Of a DNA stretch of 37,377 nt, positions 18,353 to 27,088 are shown piece after piece. The stretch's first letter is position 1, and every line of letters begins with the position of its first letter. The stretch lies in the sequence record SRR31156797_3142; one strand, written 5' to 3'. A program made the translations under genes and the position numbers. The notes below the pieces were generated by a model. It ran no database searches and was not told where the DNA came from. It was given only the letters and a program-made list of their open reading frames with translations.

Positions 18353-19936
18353 CTACTTTGCCGGAGCCGACAATTTCTTGGCCAACTGCTCATCGCTCTG
18401 CTCGCCGATACCGAAACGCATGAACAAATCGTTAAGCTTACCGCGAATGTCCTTGGTGGCTTTGGCAACAGCCTGCAAGCTGATAAAAACAAGAAACTCA
18501 ACCTTTTGATCGCCCTTTTCATAAAGCTTCAGAATTGCGGTTGCCAATTCTTTCTCAAGAGCCAGCAACTGCATTTCCTTGATCAATTCTTTAGCGGTAT
18601 TCTGCTTAAAGATCAGCCAGTTCTCGTTTGAAGAATCCTTAAGCCAAAGTCTGGCCATGCGAATGCGGGTCATTCCGATTTCATTAAGCACCAATACATC
18701 CTTGGTCGATGCACGCCTGCGCTTAAGCACCCGCAGCTGCATCTTGCTCTCCTCGCCCTGCATTTTCTTCTTCAGAAAAGAGGAAAATTTAACTTCCGTA
18801 AGATAGAAGAACAGCTTATCCAAGGCCTCTACCCCAAACATACGCAGGTAAACGGTCAGCACCTTTTCATCACGCTGAGTAAAATTTTTCAGCCCCAACA
18901 AAAATTCACGGACGACGATATCAAGGGTAAGACTTACCCCGACAGCGCATGCTCCGATCTGGTCCTGAGAAAATTGCATATTACGGGCCATTTCCGCTTC
19001 TTTTTCAGCATTATCTGCAGAATATGCAGACTCACGCAAGGCTTCCATGGCAGTGTCATAGTCCTGCTTGAATTTGGTAGTAGCCGGGTCAATACAGACA
19101 ATGCGGGCAATCCGCTCAACAACATCATTACCTATCGGCTCATCCCCCTGAACAAGCACACCGCTCTCCTGCAGGGAGTTGTAGGTCATCTTCAAAACTT
19201 CCGCAGACTCCTCATCTGCGCCGACCTGCTCAAAAGCATTTTGGATTCTGGTCTTATCAATAGCAGGAAGATCGGCAGAGAAACGCCCGGTCACATCATC
19301 AAAAGGGAAACGCAGGATAACGTAATTTTTATCCCGGGTCAGGGTGTAGCGTTCCTTGGTGATTATGTCGTTAAGGGAAGATTCAACTTCATGAGTTATA
19401 AACTGCTCAATTAAAGCCTGCCAGAACCCCTTATCCATTTCATACTGCTCAAGCAAAGCATTATACTTCTTAAGTGCAGGTTCACCCAGATGACGCAGGG
19501 TAACTTCCTCAAAGTTATCGGAAATAAGGCAGGAAGCGTAAACCACACCCTGAACAGTCTTAATCAGCAGGGTTTCAGCATTGATCAGACGAGAGCGTAT
19601 GCCATCTAGAGCATCCTTATCCTTACCATCTTTAAGTTTGCTGAAACGACCGATCATCAAGATAAATTCACTTAAGATCTTCTTGATATATTCATGGGCA
19701 GGAAGATCGATGGAACGATGACATAAAAGCGCGATAATCCCGCTCTGCTGTTTTTCCAGCAGAGGAAATTCATTAATGCGGTTGTTATTGTACTTGATGA
19801 ATTCAAGGAAAACCTCACGTTCAAGTACTTCACGCAGAGTGCTGCGCTCCTTGAGGCGAGCCAGAACCTTCAGGTAAAAATCAATCCGCTTATCTTTATC
19901 AGGAATCTGCGCACTTTCCTGGGACACGTCACTCAT
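18353..19936 (-). CDS. Hypothetical protein, 527 aa, predicted mostly alpha-helical and cytoplasmic
   Basis: Long ORF with GGAG RBS and downstream terminator; no motif I recognise. Confidence 0.85.
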   Translation of the reverse strand: MSDVSQESAQIPDKDKRIDFYLKVLARLKERSTLREVLEREVFLEFIKYNNNRINEFPLLEKQQSGIIALLCHRSIDLPAHEYIKKILSEFILMIGRFSKLKDGKDKDALDGIRSRLINAETLLIKTVQGVVYASCLISDNFEEVTLRHLGEPALKKYNALLEQYEMDKGFWQALIEQFITHEVESSLNDIITKERYTLTRDKNYVILRFPFDDVTGRFSADLPAIDKTRIQNAFEQVGADEESAEVLKMTYNSLQESGVLVQGDEPIGNDVVERIARIVCIDPATTKFKQDYDTAMEALRESAYSADNAEKEAEMARNMQFSQDQIGACAVGVSLTLDIVVREFLLGLKNFTQRDEKVLTVYLRMFGVEALDKLFFYLTEVKFSSFLKKKMQGEESKMQLRVLKRRRASTKDVLVLNEIGMTRIRMARLWLKDSSNENWLIFKQNTAKELIKEMQLLALEKELATAILKLYEKGDQKVEFLVFISLQAVAKATKDIRGKLNDLFMRFGIGEQSDEQLAKKLSAPAK

Positions 19937-20227
19937 GAAAACTCCATCAACAATTTCTTAATTATTTGCATGAAAATGTCTCAATTCAGCTACAATAGTC
20001 AAGAAGTTTAGAATTATAAGCCTTAACATACACTACTTACGCAAGAAACATAACAAGAACCAGCACTCCGGGAAATCAACCAAGAAAAAAGAACCAGCTG
20101 AAAACAATGGTACTTTTCTTGCTTAAATCATATAAACAAATAAAATATTGACGATGTCACAATTTTCATTATTTACCAAAACCACCGCAACTCAAGACCG
20201 ACAACATATTTAAGGGATTACTGCTTA

Positions 20228-20530
20228 ATGATAACCTGCACCAAATGCGGAAAAAAGAACAACAACGCAGCAAAAGCCTGCTCCAAATGCGGACACAAAC
20301 TGCAATCCGGCCGAAAACGGCTGGAGTCAGAGATTGCCCAGCAGGAACGCCGGGACATGTTCCACCTGAAACTGGAAAAAGACAAACGCTTTTCCAAGCA
20401 CGGTGAAGCATGGATCTATTCCCTTTTTCTGCTCGGTGCCGTAGTATTTTTCACTTACAATCAAATATACTGGCCCCTTTACGCCCTGACTCCCGCTATT
20501 GCCCTTCTGGCTTGGTTTCGGAAGATTTAG
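20228..20530 (+). CDS. Zinc-ribbon domain membrane protein
   Basis: CTKCG-x9-CSKCG at the N-terminus, two C-terminal hydrophobic segments; AAGGGA upstream. Confidence 0.85.
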   Translation: MITCTKCGKKNNNAAKACSKCGHKLQSGRKRLESEIAQQERRDMFHLKLEKDKRFSKHGEAWIYSLFLLGAVVFFTYNQIYWPLYALTPAIALLAWFRKI

Positions 20531-21020
20531 TGGTCTTGTTCTGCAACTCCTTAAGTGCGTTTTCCTGATCTTCCTTCAGCAAGTCAGGCACAGAGCGCTG
20601 CCAGAATTCTGCCTCCTTGTCGGCCTTCAGCTCTTTCTCGGACTTGGGAAAACAGCACTTGATTATTGAACGCCTGGTGCAGGAAGCCGGGAAAAATTCA
20701 ATAACACCGCATTCATTCTCATCAATGTAATATTTCACACTGCGCCGGAACTTCTTTTTCCGGGACATGATCGCAATTTCACCCCCCTCTATCTTACAGA
20801 AAAAATCCGTATACTTAGCTCCGTAAAAAGAATTATAGACGTAAATATTACCTCTTTTTTTCCCAACATAGCTAAACTCATGCGGATCTTTGCATTGGGC
20901 CCGGGCAAGGGCGCTTCTGGTCAAACACAAGGCCCGCTCCTCCTCCATGCTTCTGGCCTGTGCCGGGGAAGGAATATGGCAGAGAACAGTCAATATAATA
21001 ATGAGTAAAAGGCTTCTCAT
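20496..21020 (-). CDS. Hypothetical exported protein with 7 Cys in the mature part
   Basis: GAGG RBS, signal peptide MRSLLLIIILTVLCHIPSPAQA, candidate sigma-28 promoter upstream. Confidence 0.8.
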   Translation of the reverse strand: MRSLLLIIILTVLCHIPSPAQARSMEEERALCLTRSALARAQCKDPHEFSYVGKKRGNIYVYNSFYGAKYTDFFCKIEGGEIAIMSRKKKFRRSVKYYIDENECGVIEFFPASCTRRSIIKCCFPKSEKELKADKEAEFWQRSVPDLLKEDQENALKELQNKTTKSSETKPEGQ

Positions 21021-21058
21021 AAGACCTCACAAAGAAGGATATGTTTCAGATATATAAC

Positions 21059-21086
21059 TTTTCGGCCGAAATGCTGACCGGCTTTA
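21059..21086 (-). promoter_or_regulatory. Candidate sigma-28-type promoter
   Basis: Minus strand TAAA-N16-GCCGAAAA, 38 nt upstream of ATG 21020; same hexamer/octamer as at 966-992 with a 1-nt longer spacer. Confidence 0.5.
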
Positions 21087-21538
21087 GCCTTGAAGGGACG
21101 CAGCTGCGCGCAATGATTTCAAATTTCGCTATAAAAAATCTTTCCAAATCACATGCCGCTATGCTAAAAGAACTGATCATTTTGTGCAACCGCACAACCT
21201 TCCTTACTATTTTCCCATACCTTGTCAAAAACCGAATCCCGGCAGTAAGAACAACTTTTTTTTCTAAACTTTGTTTAGAAAAAGTCCTGTTTTTCCGTAC
21301 TCTTTGAAGGTTATGAACTTGTGGAAAACTTTTTCATTTTTTATCTATTTAGGCATATTTGGCTACAATCGCTAATAATGACAATGTAACAACAATTTTT
21401 CTTTCACCCCCCTGTACAAAACTCAGTCCCTGAGTTAGTATTCTTTCCGAAGTTGATTCAGCCCATAATCTACGGGGCTTGAAACAAAATAAGGGCAAAA
21501 GCCTTCTCTAAAAAACACACAATTCAACAAATAATATC

Positions 21539-22219
21539 ATGAACGAACTTTCTTCTGGATGGAATCATCTTCGCGGTATTGAACCGCTCAGTCTGTGCGA
21601 CTGGCCTGGCCGGGCCAGCTGTGTATTCTTCCTCGGCGGTTGCAATTTGAACTGCCCCACCTGCCATAACTTTGATATGGCGTGGAATATGGAGAGACTG
21701 CCCCTCCTATCCAGAGAAGATATGAAATCTTTCCTAAGGAACCGAGCAAAATGGCTTGACGGGGTCACAATCACTGGTGGCGAGCCTACAACGGTACCTA
21801 ACCTAGGAGAAATTCTTTATGAAATCAGACAAGTATCCAAACTACCTATTAAAATGGACAGCAACGGGATGCTTCCTGACATTCTGAAAGACATTCTCCA
21901 GCAGGGATTGGCGGACATGTTCGCCGTTGACGTCAAAGGACCGTATGAGAAGTATCCTGCCCTAACCGGGCAGGCCGTTACCGCTGAAGCAGCGAAGAAA
22001 AACCTCGAAAGGATTTTCGAACTTGCTGAAGCCAACCCCAAAGCCTTCTATTTCCGTCTGACCAAGATGCCCATTCTTACAGACGAAGATGTCGAAATTG
22101 CCAAGAGTTATCTTCCGGATGGCTTTGACCTGACCATCCAGAACTACATTCCTCCAAGGAGAGATCATGCCCACGCAGATAATGAAGCGAGACGGCCGGT
22201 TGGAGACCTGGTCGACTGA
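21539..22219 (+). CDS. nrdG: Anaerobic ribonucleotide reductase activating enzyme (radical SAM)
   Basis: SLCDWPG, GCNLNCPTCHN (CxxxCxxC), GVTITGGEPT, KMDSNG, VDVKGP; adjacent to nrdD. Confidence 0.92.
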   Translation: MNELSSGWNHLRGIEPLSLCDWPGRASCVFFLGGCNLNCPTCHNFDMAWNMERLPLLSREDMKSFLRNRAKWLDGVTITGGEPTTVPNLGEILYEIRQVSKLPIKMDSNGMLPDILKDILQQGLADMFAVDVKGPYEKYPALTGQAVTAEAAKKNLERIFELAEANPKAFYFRLTKMPILTDEDVEIAKSYLPDGFDLTIQNYIPPRRDHAHADNEARRPVGDLVD

Positions 22220-24218
22220 GCGCATTGCACAGGCTATTTTCAAAGCACTGAGCGCCAGCGGAATTAAAGACCCACTTATGGCCAAACGTATGGCCAGAAA
22301 GGTGGAGTACAAGCTCGAAGGAGTCGACATTCCTGAACAGGAACATGTTCAGAATATGGTCGAGGAAGCGCTTATGGATTCCCGCCTGCATTCCGTTGCC
22401 AAAAAGTTTATTCTCTACCGCGATAGCCGTCGCAGACTCAGAAATCAAAAGGACGCATATCTCGACATCAGGGAAACGATTGACGAATACCTTGAAAAAA
22501 GTGATTGGCGTGTTGCTGAAAATGCTAACATGACCCACTCCTTTCAGGGACTCATGCTTCATCTATCCGGAACAATTCAGGCCCGTTACGCCCTTGAAAA
22601 ATATCCTGAAGAGATCAGACAGGCTCACGAGCACGGCTATTTCCACATCCATGATCTTTCCTACGGACTGGCCGGCTATTGCGCCGGATGGTCCCTGCGC
22701 GACCTGCTGCTCGAAGGCTTCAACCTTGAAGGCCGCTCCTGCGCCGGACCGGCACGACACTTTGATGCCGTCCTCGGCCAGATGGTCAATTTTCTCGGCA
22801 CCCTGCAAAACGAATGGGCTGGAGCTCAGGCCTTCAACAACGTTGACACCTACCTCGCCCCGTTCATCCGCCATGACGGCCTCAGCTATGAAGAAGTGCG
22901 TCAGGCCATGCAAAAATTCGTGTTCAATTTGAACACCACCTCCAGATGGGGAGGCCAAAGCCCGTTTACCAACCTTTCATTCGACCTCGTCCCGCCCAAA
23001 CATATCGCCAGAGAAGCGGTAATCATAGGCGGCGAACTTCAGGACACCACCTACGGCGAATATGCCGAAGAAATGGAGATGATCAACCGCTCCTTCCTTG
23101 AAGTAATGGTCAACGGGGATCAGCATAACCGCATTTTCTCCTTCCCCATCCCCACCTACAACGTAACCGAAGATTTTCCTTGGGATTCCCAGATCGGCAA
23201 AACCCTGCTCGACCTGACCGCCAAGTACGGTGTTCCCTACTTCCAGAATTTCATTAACTCCGACCTCAATCCCGAAGATGTCCGCTCCATGTGCTGCCGT
23301 CTACAGATGGACCTACGCGAACTACGCAACAAGGTAGGGGGACTATTCGGAGCCGGAGACCTGACCGGGTCCATCGGCGTGGTCACACTCAACCTGCCAA
23401 AATTGGCCTATCTGGCACAGGGCGAAGAGGATTTCCTCGATCTCATCGAGGAATATGCCATTCAGGCCAAGAACTCCCTTGAGTTCAAACGCAAGCTGAT
23501 CCAGACCAACCTTGATAACGGAATGTTCCCATGGTCCCGCCGTTACCTCAAGAACGGTTACAAGGGACACTTTTCAACCATCGGCCTGTTGGGTGGACAC
23601 GAAGCCTGCCTGAACCTGCTCGGCAAGGGAATCGAGACTCCTTCCGGAGTAAGACTCATGACCCGGGTGCTCAACCACCTGCGTGACCTGACCTCCCAAT
23701 TTCAGGAAGAGACCGGCAGTCTCTACAACCTTGAAGCCACTCCGGCCGAAGGTACCAGCTACCGTCTGGCGAAAATTGATAAATCCCTTTACGCAGACAT
23801 CCAGACCTCAGGCAACGGAACCCCGTACTACACCAACTCCACAACTCTTCCGGTGGGTGTTTCCGAGGATGTTGTTCTGGCCCTTACTCACCAGAATAAA
23901 CTGCAGCCCCTGTACACAGGCGGGTCAGTGTTCCATACTTTCCTTGGAGAATCCACTGCTGATATTGACGCCTTGAAGAGCTTTATTATCAAAGCCTTCC
24001 GCAACACTAAGATTCCGTACCTCTCCATTACCCCGACCTTCTCCATCTGCAAAGAGCACGGCTATATTCAGGGTGAGCACCATACCTGCCCCGAATGCGG
24101 TTCTGAATCAGAAGTCTACACCCGTATTGTCGGCTATTATCGCCCGGTCAAACAATGGAATGAAGGCAAAAAAGCAGAATACAAAGACAGACAGGTGTAC
24201 AATACTTTCTGCTGCTAA
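22167..24218 (+). CDS. nrdD: Class III (anaerobic) ribonucleoside-triphosphate reductase with N-terminal ATP cone
   Basis: ATP cone (IMKRDGR), HIHDL, RSMCCRL finger loop, NLEATPAEG, Zn site CKEHG..CPECG, glycyl-radical loop TRIVGYYRP; AAGGAG RBS. Confidence 0.96.
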   Translation: MPTQIMKRDGRLETWSTERIAQAIFKALSASGIKDPLMAKRMARKVEYKLEGVDIPEQEHVQNMVEEALMDSRLHSVAKKFILYRDSRRRLRNQKDAYLDIRETIDEYLEKSDWRVAENANMTHSFQGLMLHLSGTIQARYALEKYPEEIRQAHEHGYFHIHDLSYGLAGYCAGWSLRDLLLEGFNLEGRSCAGPARHFDAVLGQMVNFLGTLQNEWAGAQAFNNVDTYLAPFIRHDGLSYEEVRQAMQKFVFNLNTTSRWGGQSPFTNLSFDLVPPKHIAREAVIIGGELQDTTYGEYAEEMEMINRSFLEVMVNGDQHNRIFSFPIPTYNVTEDFPWDSQIGKTLLDLTAKYGVPYFQNFINSDLNPEDVRSMCCRLQMDLRELRNKVGGLFGAGDLTGSIGVVTLNLPKLAYLAQGEEDFLDLIEEYAIQAKNSLEFKRKLIQTNLDNGMFPWSRRYLKNGYKGHFSTIGLLGGHEACLNLLGKGIETPSGVRLMTRVLNHLRDLTSQFQEETGSLYNLEATPAEGTSYRLAKIDKSLYADIQTSGNGTPYYTNSTTLPVGVSEDVVLALTHQNKLQPLYTGGSVFHTFLGESTADIDALKSFIIKAFRNTKIPYLSITPTFSICKEHGYIQGEHHTCPECGSESEVYTRIVGYYRPVKQWNEGKKAEYKDRQVYNTFCC

Positions 24219-24241
24219 CACCCTGCTACCTAATAAAAAAC

Positions 24242-24275
24242 AAAAGGGAGACCGCTAAAAACGGTCTCCCTTTTT
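24242..24275 (+). terminator. Intrinsic terminator of nrdGD
   Basis: AAAAGGGAGACCG-CTAAAAA-CGGTCTCCCTTTT followed by T. Confidence 0.88.
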
Positions 24276-24408
24276 ATTTCAGCACAAACTCAACTTTACT
24301 CTCATTTTCGTTGCCAACAAAAATACATTGCATTATGCTTAATGATGAAAATAAGATAAGTCTGAAGTTTATTTCATTGGGCTTCAGCACAGATGAAATG
24401 GAGAATAT

Positions 24409-24786
24409 ATGCGAATTCTGGTTGTAGATGATGAGCAGATGGTCAGGGAGAACCTTGTCGACTACCTCGAAGACGAAGGTTTGGATGTTATTTCGGTGGG
24501 GAGTGCCGAAGAAGCCCTGGCTCTGATGAAAACTGAACATGCGGATATCGCCATTGTAGACATGCGCCTTCCGGTGATGCACGGCAATGATCTCATCATA
24601 CACTTAAAAGAACTGCACCCTGATATGGATTTCATCATCCATACCGGATCAGTCGACTACGCGGTTCCACCGGATGTCCGGGCTTACGGAATTTCCTCGG
24701 ATAACGTTCTGCTTAAGCCTGTTGCTGATATGGATATGTTCATCCAGAAAATAAGAACCCTATTCGGAACAAAATACGATATTTAA
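24409..24786 (+). CDS. Single-domain response regulator receiver (CheY-like)
   Basis: RILVVDDE, IVDMRLP (phospho-Asp), IIHTG, LLKPV; GGAG RBS; no output domain. Confidence 0.92.
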   Translation: MRILVVDDEQMVRENLVDYLEDEGLDVISVGSAEEALALMKTEHADIAIVDMRLPVMHGNDLIIHLKELHPDMDFIIHTGSVDYAVPPDVRAYGISSDNVLLKPVADMDMFIQKIRTLFGTKYDI

Positions 24787-24808
24787 CAGATATATTTCTG
24801 AAAAAATT

Positions 24809-24843
24809 ACCGCCGCTTCCTTAAAAGGATTCGGCGGTTTTTT
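24809..24843. terminator. Terminator between the receiver gene and cheR
   Basis: ACCGCCG..TCCTT/AAGGA..CGGCGGT interrupted stem followed by a T run. Confidence 0.6.
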
Positions 24844-25696
24844 ATTTCATTCCACGCATCTTACGGTAAAGAAGGACCGCCCCCATATGCTCGGTGGCAA
24901 AACGATCCGTATGTCCGGCCAATGTCTCTGTAGACCCAAGCATAAGATATCCTTTATCCGGCAACAAATCGTAAATACGGTGAACAATATCCACCTTTGT
25001 AGCATCATCAAAATAGATGAGCACGTTACGGCACATAACAAAATCAAATTGCCCCAAAGATCTGAATGAATCAAGCAAGTTGAATTTCTTGAAAGTAACC
25101 AGAGACTGAACTGAAGGCTCTACCTGCCAGCGACTACCACTTTTCTCAAAATATTTATCATAACCAGGAGGTAGCCCCCGCGACTTCTCAAGGTTGCTGA
25201 AAAGACCTTCTTTGGCCCGCTCGATAACTGCTCCGGATATGTCGGTAGCCAGAATTGAAAAGTCAGTCGGGGATATCCGACCTCCACCAACTGTTCTGGT
25301 CCACTCGTGGATAAGCATGGAAAGAGAGTAGGGTTCCTGCCCGGTGGACGAAGCAGCGCACCAGATTTTTATTTTAGCCCCGGGTCTGCGCTTCTTCAAA
25401 AGCTCAGGCAGAACCTTATTCCTGATGGACGTAAATGGATGGCTGTCGCGAAAAAAACTGGTTTCATGAGTGCTGATAGCTGAAACAGCTTCTTCCTTAA
25501 ATTGGGTATCTCCTGAGACCAAAAGCTTGTAAAATTCTCCCCAAGAACGGCAACTGCGGGATTTAAACAATGCCTTAAAACGATGCTGGATCAGGTATTC
25601 CTTACCCTCGGAAATAGTCAAACCGCACATGCGGTAAATCTGCTTACGCAACAGCTCAAAATCAGTCTTATCCAGCTTCAAATTATCCCTGTTCAC
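24842..25696 (-). CDS. cheR: Chemotaxis protein-glutamate O-methyltransferase CheR
   Basis: HETSFFRD, KIWCAASSTGQEPYS, ILATDIS, FNLL, MCRNVLIYFD, GYLMLGSTE; GTG start. Confidence 0.95.
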   Translation of the reverse strand: MNRDNLKLDKTDFELLRKQIYRMCGLTISEGKEYLIQHRFKALFKSRSCRSWGEFYKLLVSGDTQFKEEAVSAISTHETSFFRDSHPFTSIRNKVLPELLKKRRPGAKIKIWCAASSTGQEPYSLSMLIHEWTRTVGGGRISPTDFSILATDISGAVIERAKEGLFSNLEKSRGLPPGYDKYFEKSGSRWQVEPSVQSLVTFKKFNLLDSFRSLGQFDFVMCRNVLIYFDDATKVDIVHRIYDLLPDKGYLMLGSTETLAGHTDRFATEHMGAVLLYRKMRGMK

Positions 25697-25725
25697 AATA
25701 TTATCTTTACCCGTTCTTGATCAGA

Positions 25726-26982
25726 TTAATTTTCCCGGCCCATCAAGACAACCTCGTTGGCCCATTGCATGGCAGCCATATGACTTCTTGCCACTGCAAG
25801 AGAAGAAAGATTATTACCCATGATCAAACGGCCCAAATCATCCCATTCCGCCTTCTCAAGACATTTGACCAAATCAAGATATAACGAAGTTGCATTTTGT
25901 TTACCAACCAAAGCCTGTATAAGCTCTTTTTCCACTGGCAGTTCTTCCATTAGTTCTGCCATAGGTCTGCCCAGCAGGACATCAAGCAGGGAAAACAATC
26001 CCAACATAAACATTGATTCGGATGAAAGCGGACAATGCTTAATTTCCAAAGATACCAGCTCCAAAAACTTAGCCCTTTTTATGGACAGAAAAGCAAGTTC
26101 GTTACCCGCCGGACCTGAACTCATATCCGAGAGCAAAATCATACGTAACCAACCTGCCAGCTTCCTGTATCCGATCAGGGTAATGGCTTGCTTGATGGAA
26201 TTGATTTCATTGGGCAATCCAAAGGTAGGTGAATTCATAAACTTTAGCAGGCGATAGCTTATCGACACATCGGAGTTGATGGCCTCAGTCAAATCATCAA
26301 CATCAAAATCGTCACCACTAATGGAGCTCAATAGCTGCATACGGTTCAGATTACTGGTAGAAACTTTCTTGCCGGGTATAATCTCCGGACGACTGAAAAA
26401 GAATCCCTGAAAAAGATCAAAACCCAGCTCCAGGCAACGGTGAAACATTTCATTGTCTTCAACTTTTTCAGCCAGCAGCTTCACGCCCAATTGTTTGAGG
26501 TTGCCCACCACATTGACAAGTTCATCAGGCTTCAGATCAAGACAATCGACTTTGACTATATCTGCCAACTCAATAAAAGGCTCAAAGCCATCCTGTCCGA
26601 TATAGTCATCAAGGGCCAGCACATAACCTCGTTCTTTCAAACCCTCAAGGGCTTCGAGAACATCTGGTTCGGGTTGGACATGCTCCAGAATCTCAACCAC
26701 GCAGACTTCGGGGGGCAAAAAATCTGCAGCCCCTTCCAGCAGCATATTACGGGGAAAGTTGACCAGCAACCGCTGCCCCTCTTCAATGTCATCCTGGATC
26801 AGTCCGAAGCCATCGGCAATAACTTGTGAAGTTGCCGCATCCTCATCACCGATATCAGCAACATTGCTCCCTTCTGAATTACGGAATAGCAACTCATAAC
26901 CCCAGACCGCTTTATCCACATCAAAAACAGGCTGTCTGGCAACAAAAAAAGAATCCAGAAAGACATCAGAGCGTTCCGCCAT
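25726..26982 (-). CDS. EAL-HDOD domain protein (YuxH/PdeH-like putative c-di-GMP phosphodiesterase)
   Basis: FVARQPV, GYELLFR, VVEILE, LALDD, IVKVD, LLAEKVE, LFQGFFF, then HDOD (DVSISYRLLKFMNS, FMLGLFSLLDVLL). Confidence 0.93.
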   Translation of the reverse strand: MAERSDVFLDSFFVARQPVFDVDKAVWGYELLFRNSEGSNVADIGDEDAATSQVIADGFGLIQDDIEEGQRLLVNFPRNMLLEGAADFLPPEVCVVEILEHVQPEPDVLEALEGLKERGYVLALDDYIGQDGFEPFIELADIVKVDCLDLKPDELVNVVGNLKQLGVKLLAEKVEDNEMFHRCLELGFDLFQGFFFSRPEIIPGKKVSTSNLNRMQLLSSISGDDFDVDDLTEAINSDVSISYRLLKFMNSPTFGLPNEINSIKQAITLIGYRKLAGWLRMILLSDMSSGPAGNELAFLSIKRAKFLELVSLEIKHCPLSSESMFMLGLFSLLDVLLGRPMAELMEELPVEKELIQALVGKQNATSLYLDLVKCLEKAEWDDLGRLIMGNNLSSLAVARSHMAAMQWANEVVLMGREN

Positions 26983-27033
26983 AAGTTCACATTCCCCAAA
27001 ATCAGTTTAAAAAGGATACAGCCAACCAACAAA

Positions 27034-27062
27034 ACTATACCCCACCGCCCTCCTAATATCAA
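27034..27062 (-). promoter_or_regulatory. Sigma-70-type promoter of the EAL-HDOD/cheR pair
   Basis: Minus strand TTGATA-N17-TATAGT, about 50 nt upstream of ATG 26982. Confidence 0.6.
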
Positions 27063-27088
27063 TCAACGTGAATTATAAAGATTTGGAT

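Noticed and set aside
21041-21307. 88-aa and 60-aa ORFs in the spacer before nrdG
   Set aside because: No properly spaced RBS, AT-rich non-coding composition, and overlap with the promoter of the divergent gene.
21455-21482. NrdR box or purine-type riboswitch before nrdG
   Set aside because: Only a weak partial match to the NrdR palindrome with no tandem partner, and the purine aptamer core is absent.
17406-24218. purU supplying formate to the nearby class III reductase
   Set aside because: The genes are in separate transcription units and NrdD has redoxin-type rather than formate-type signatures.
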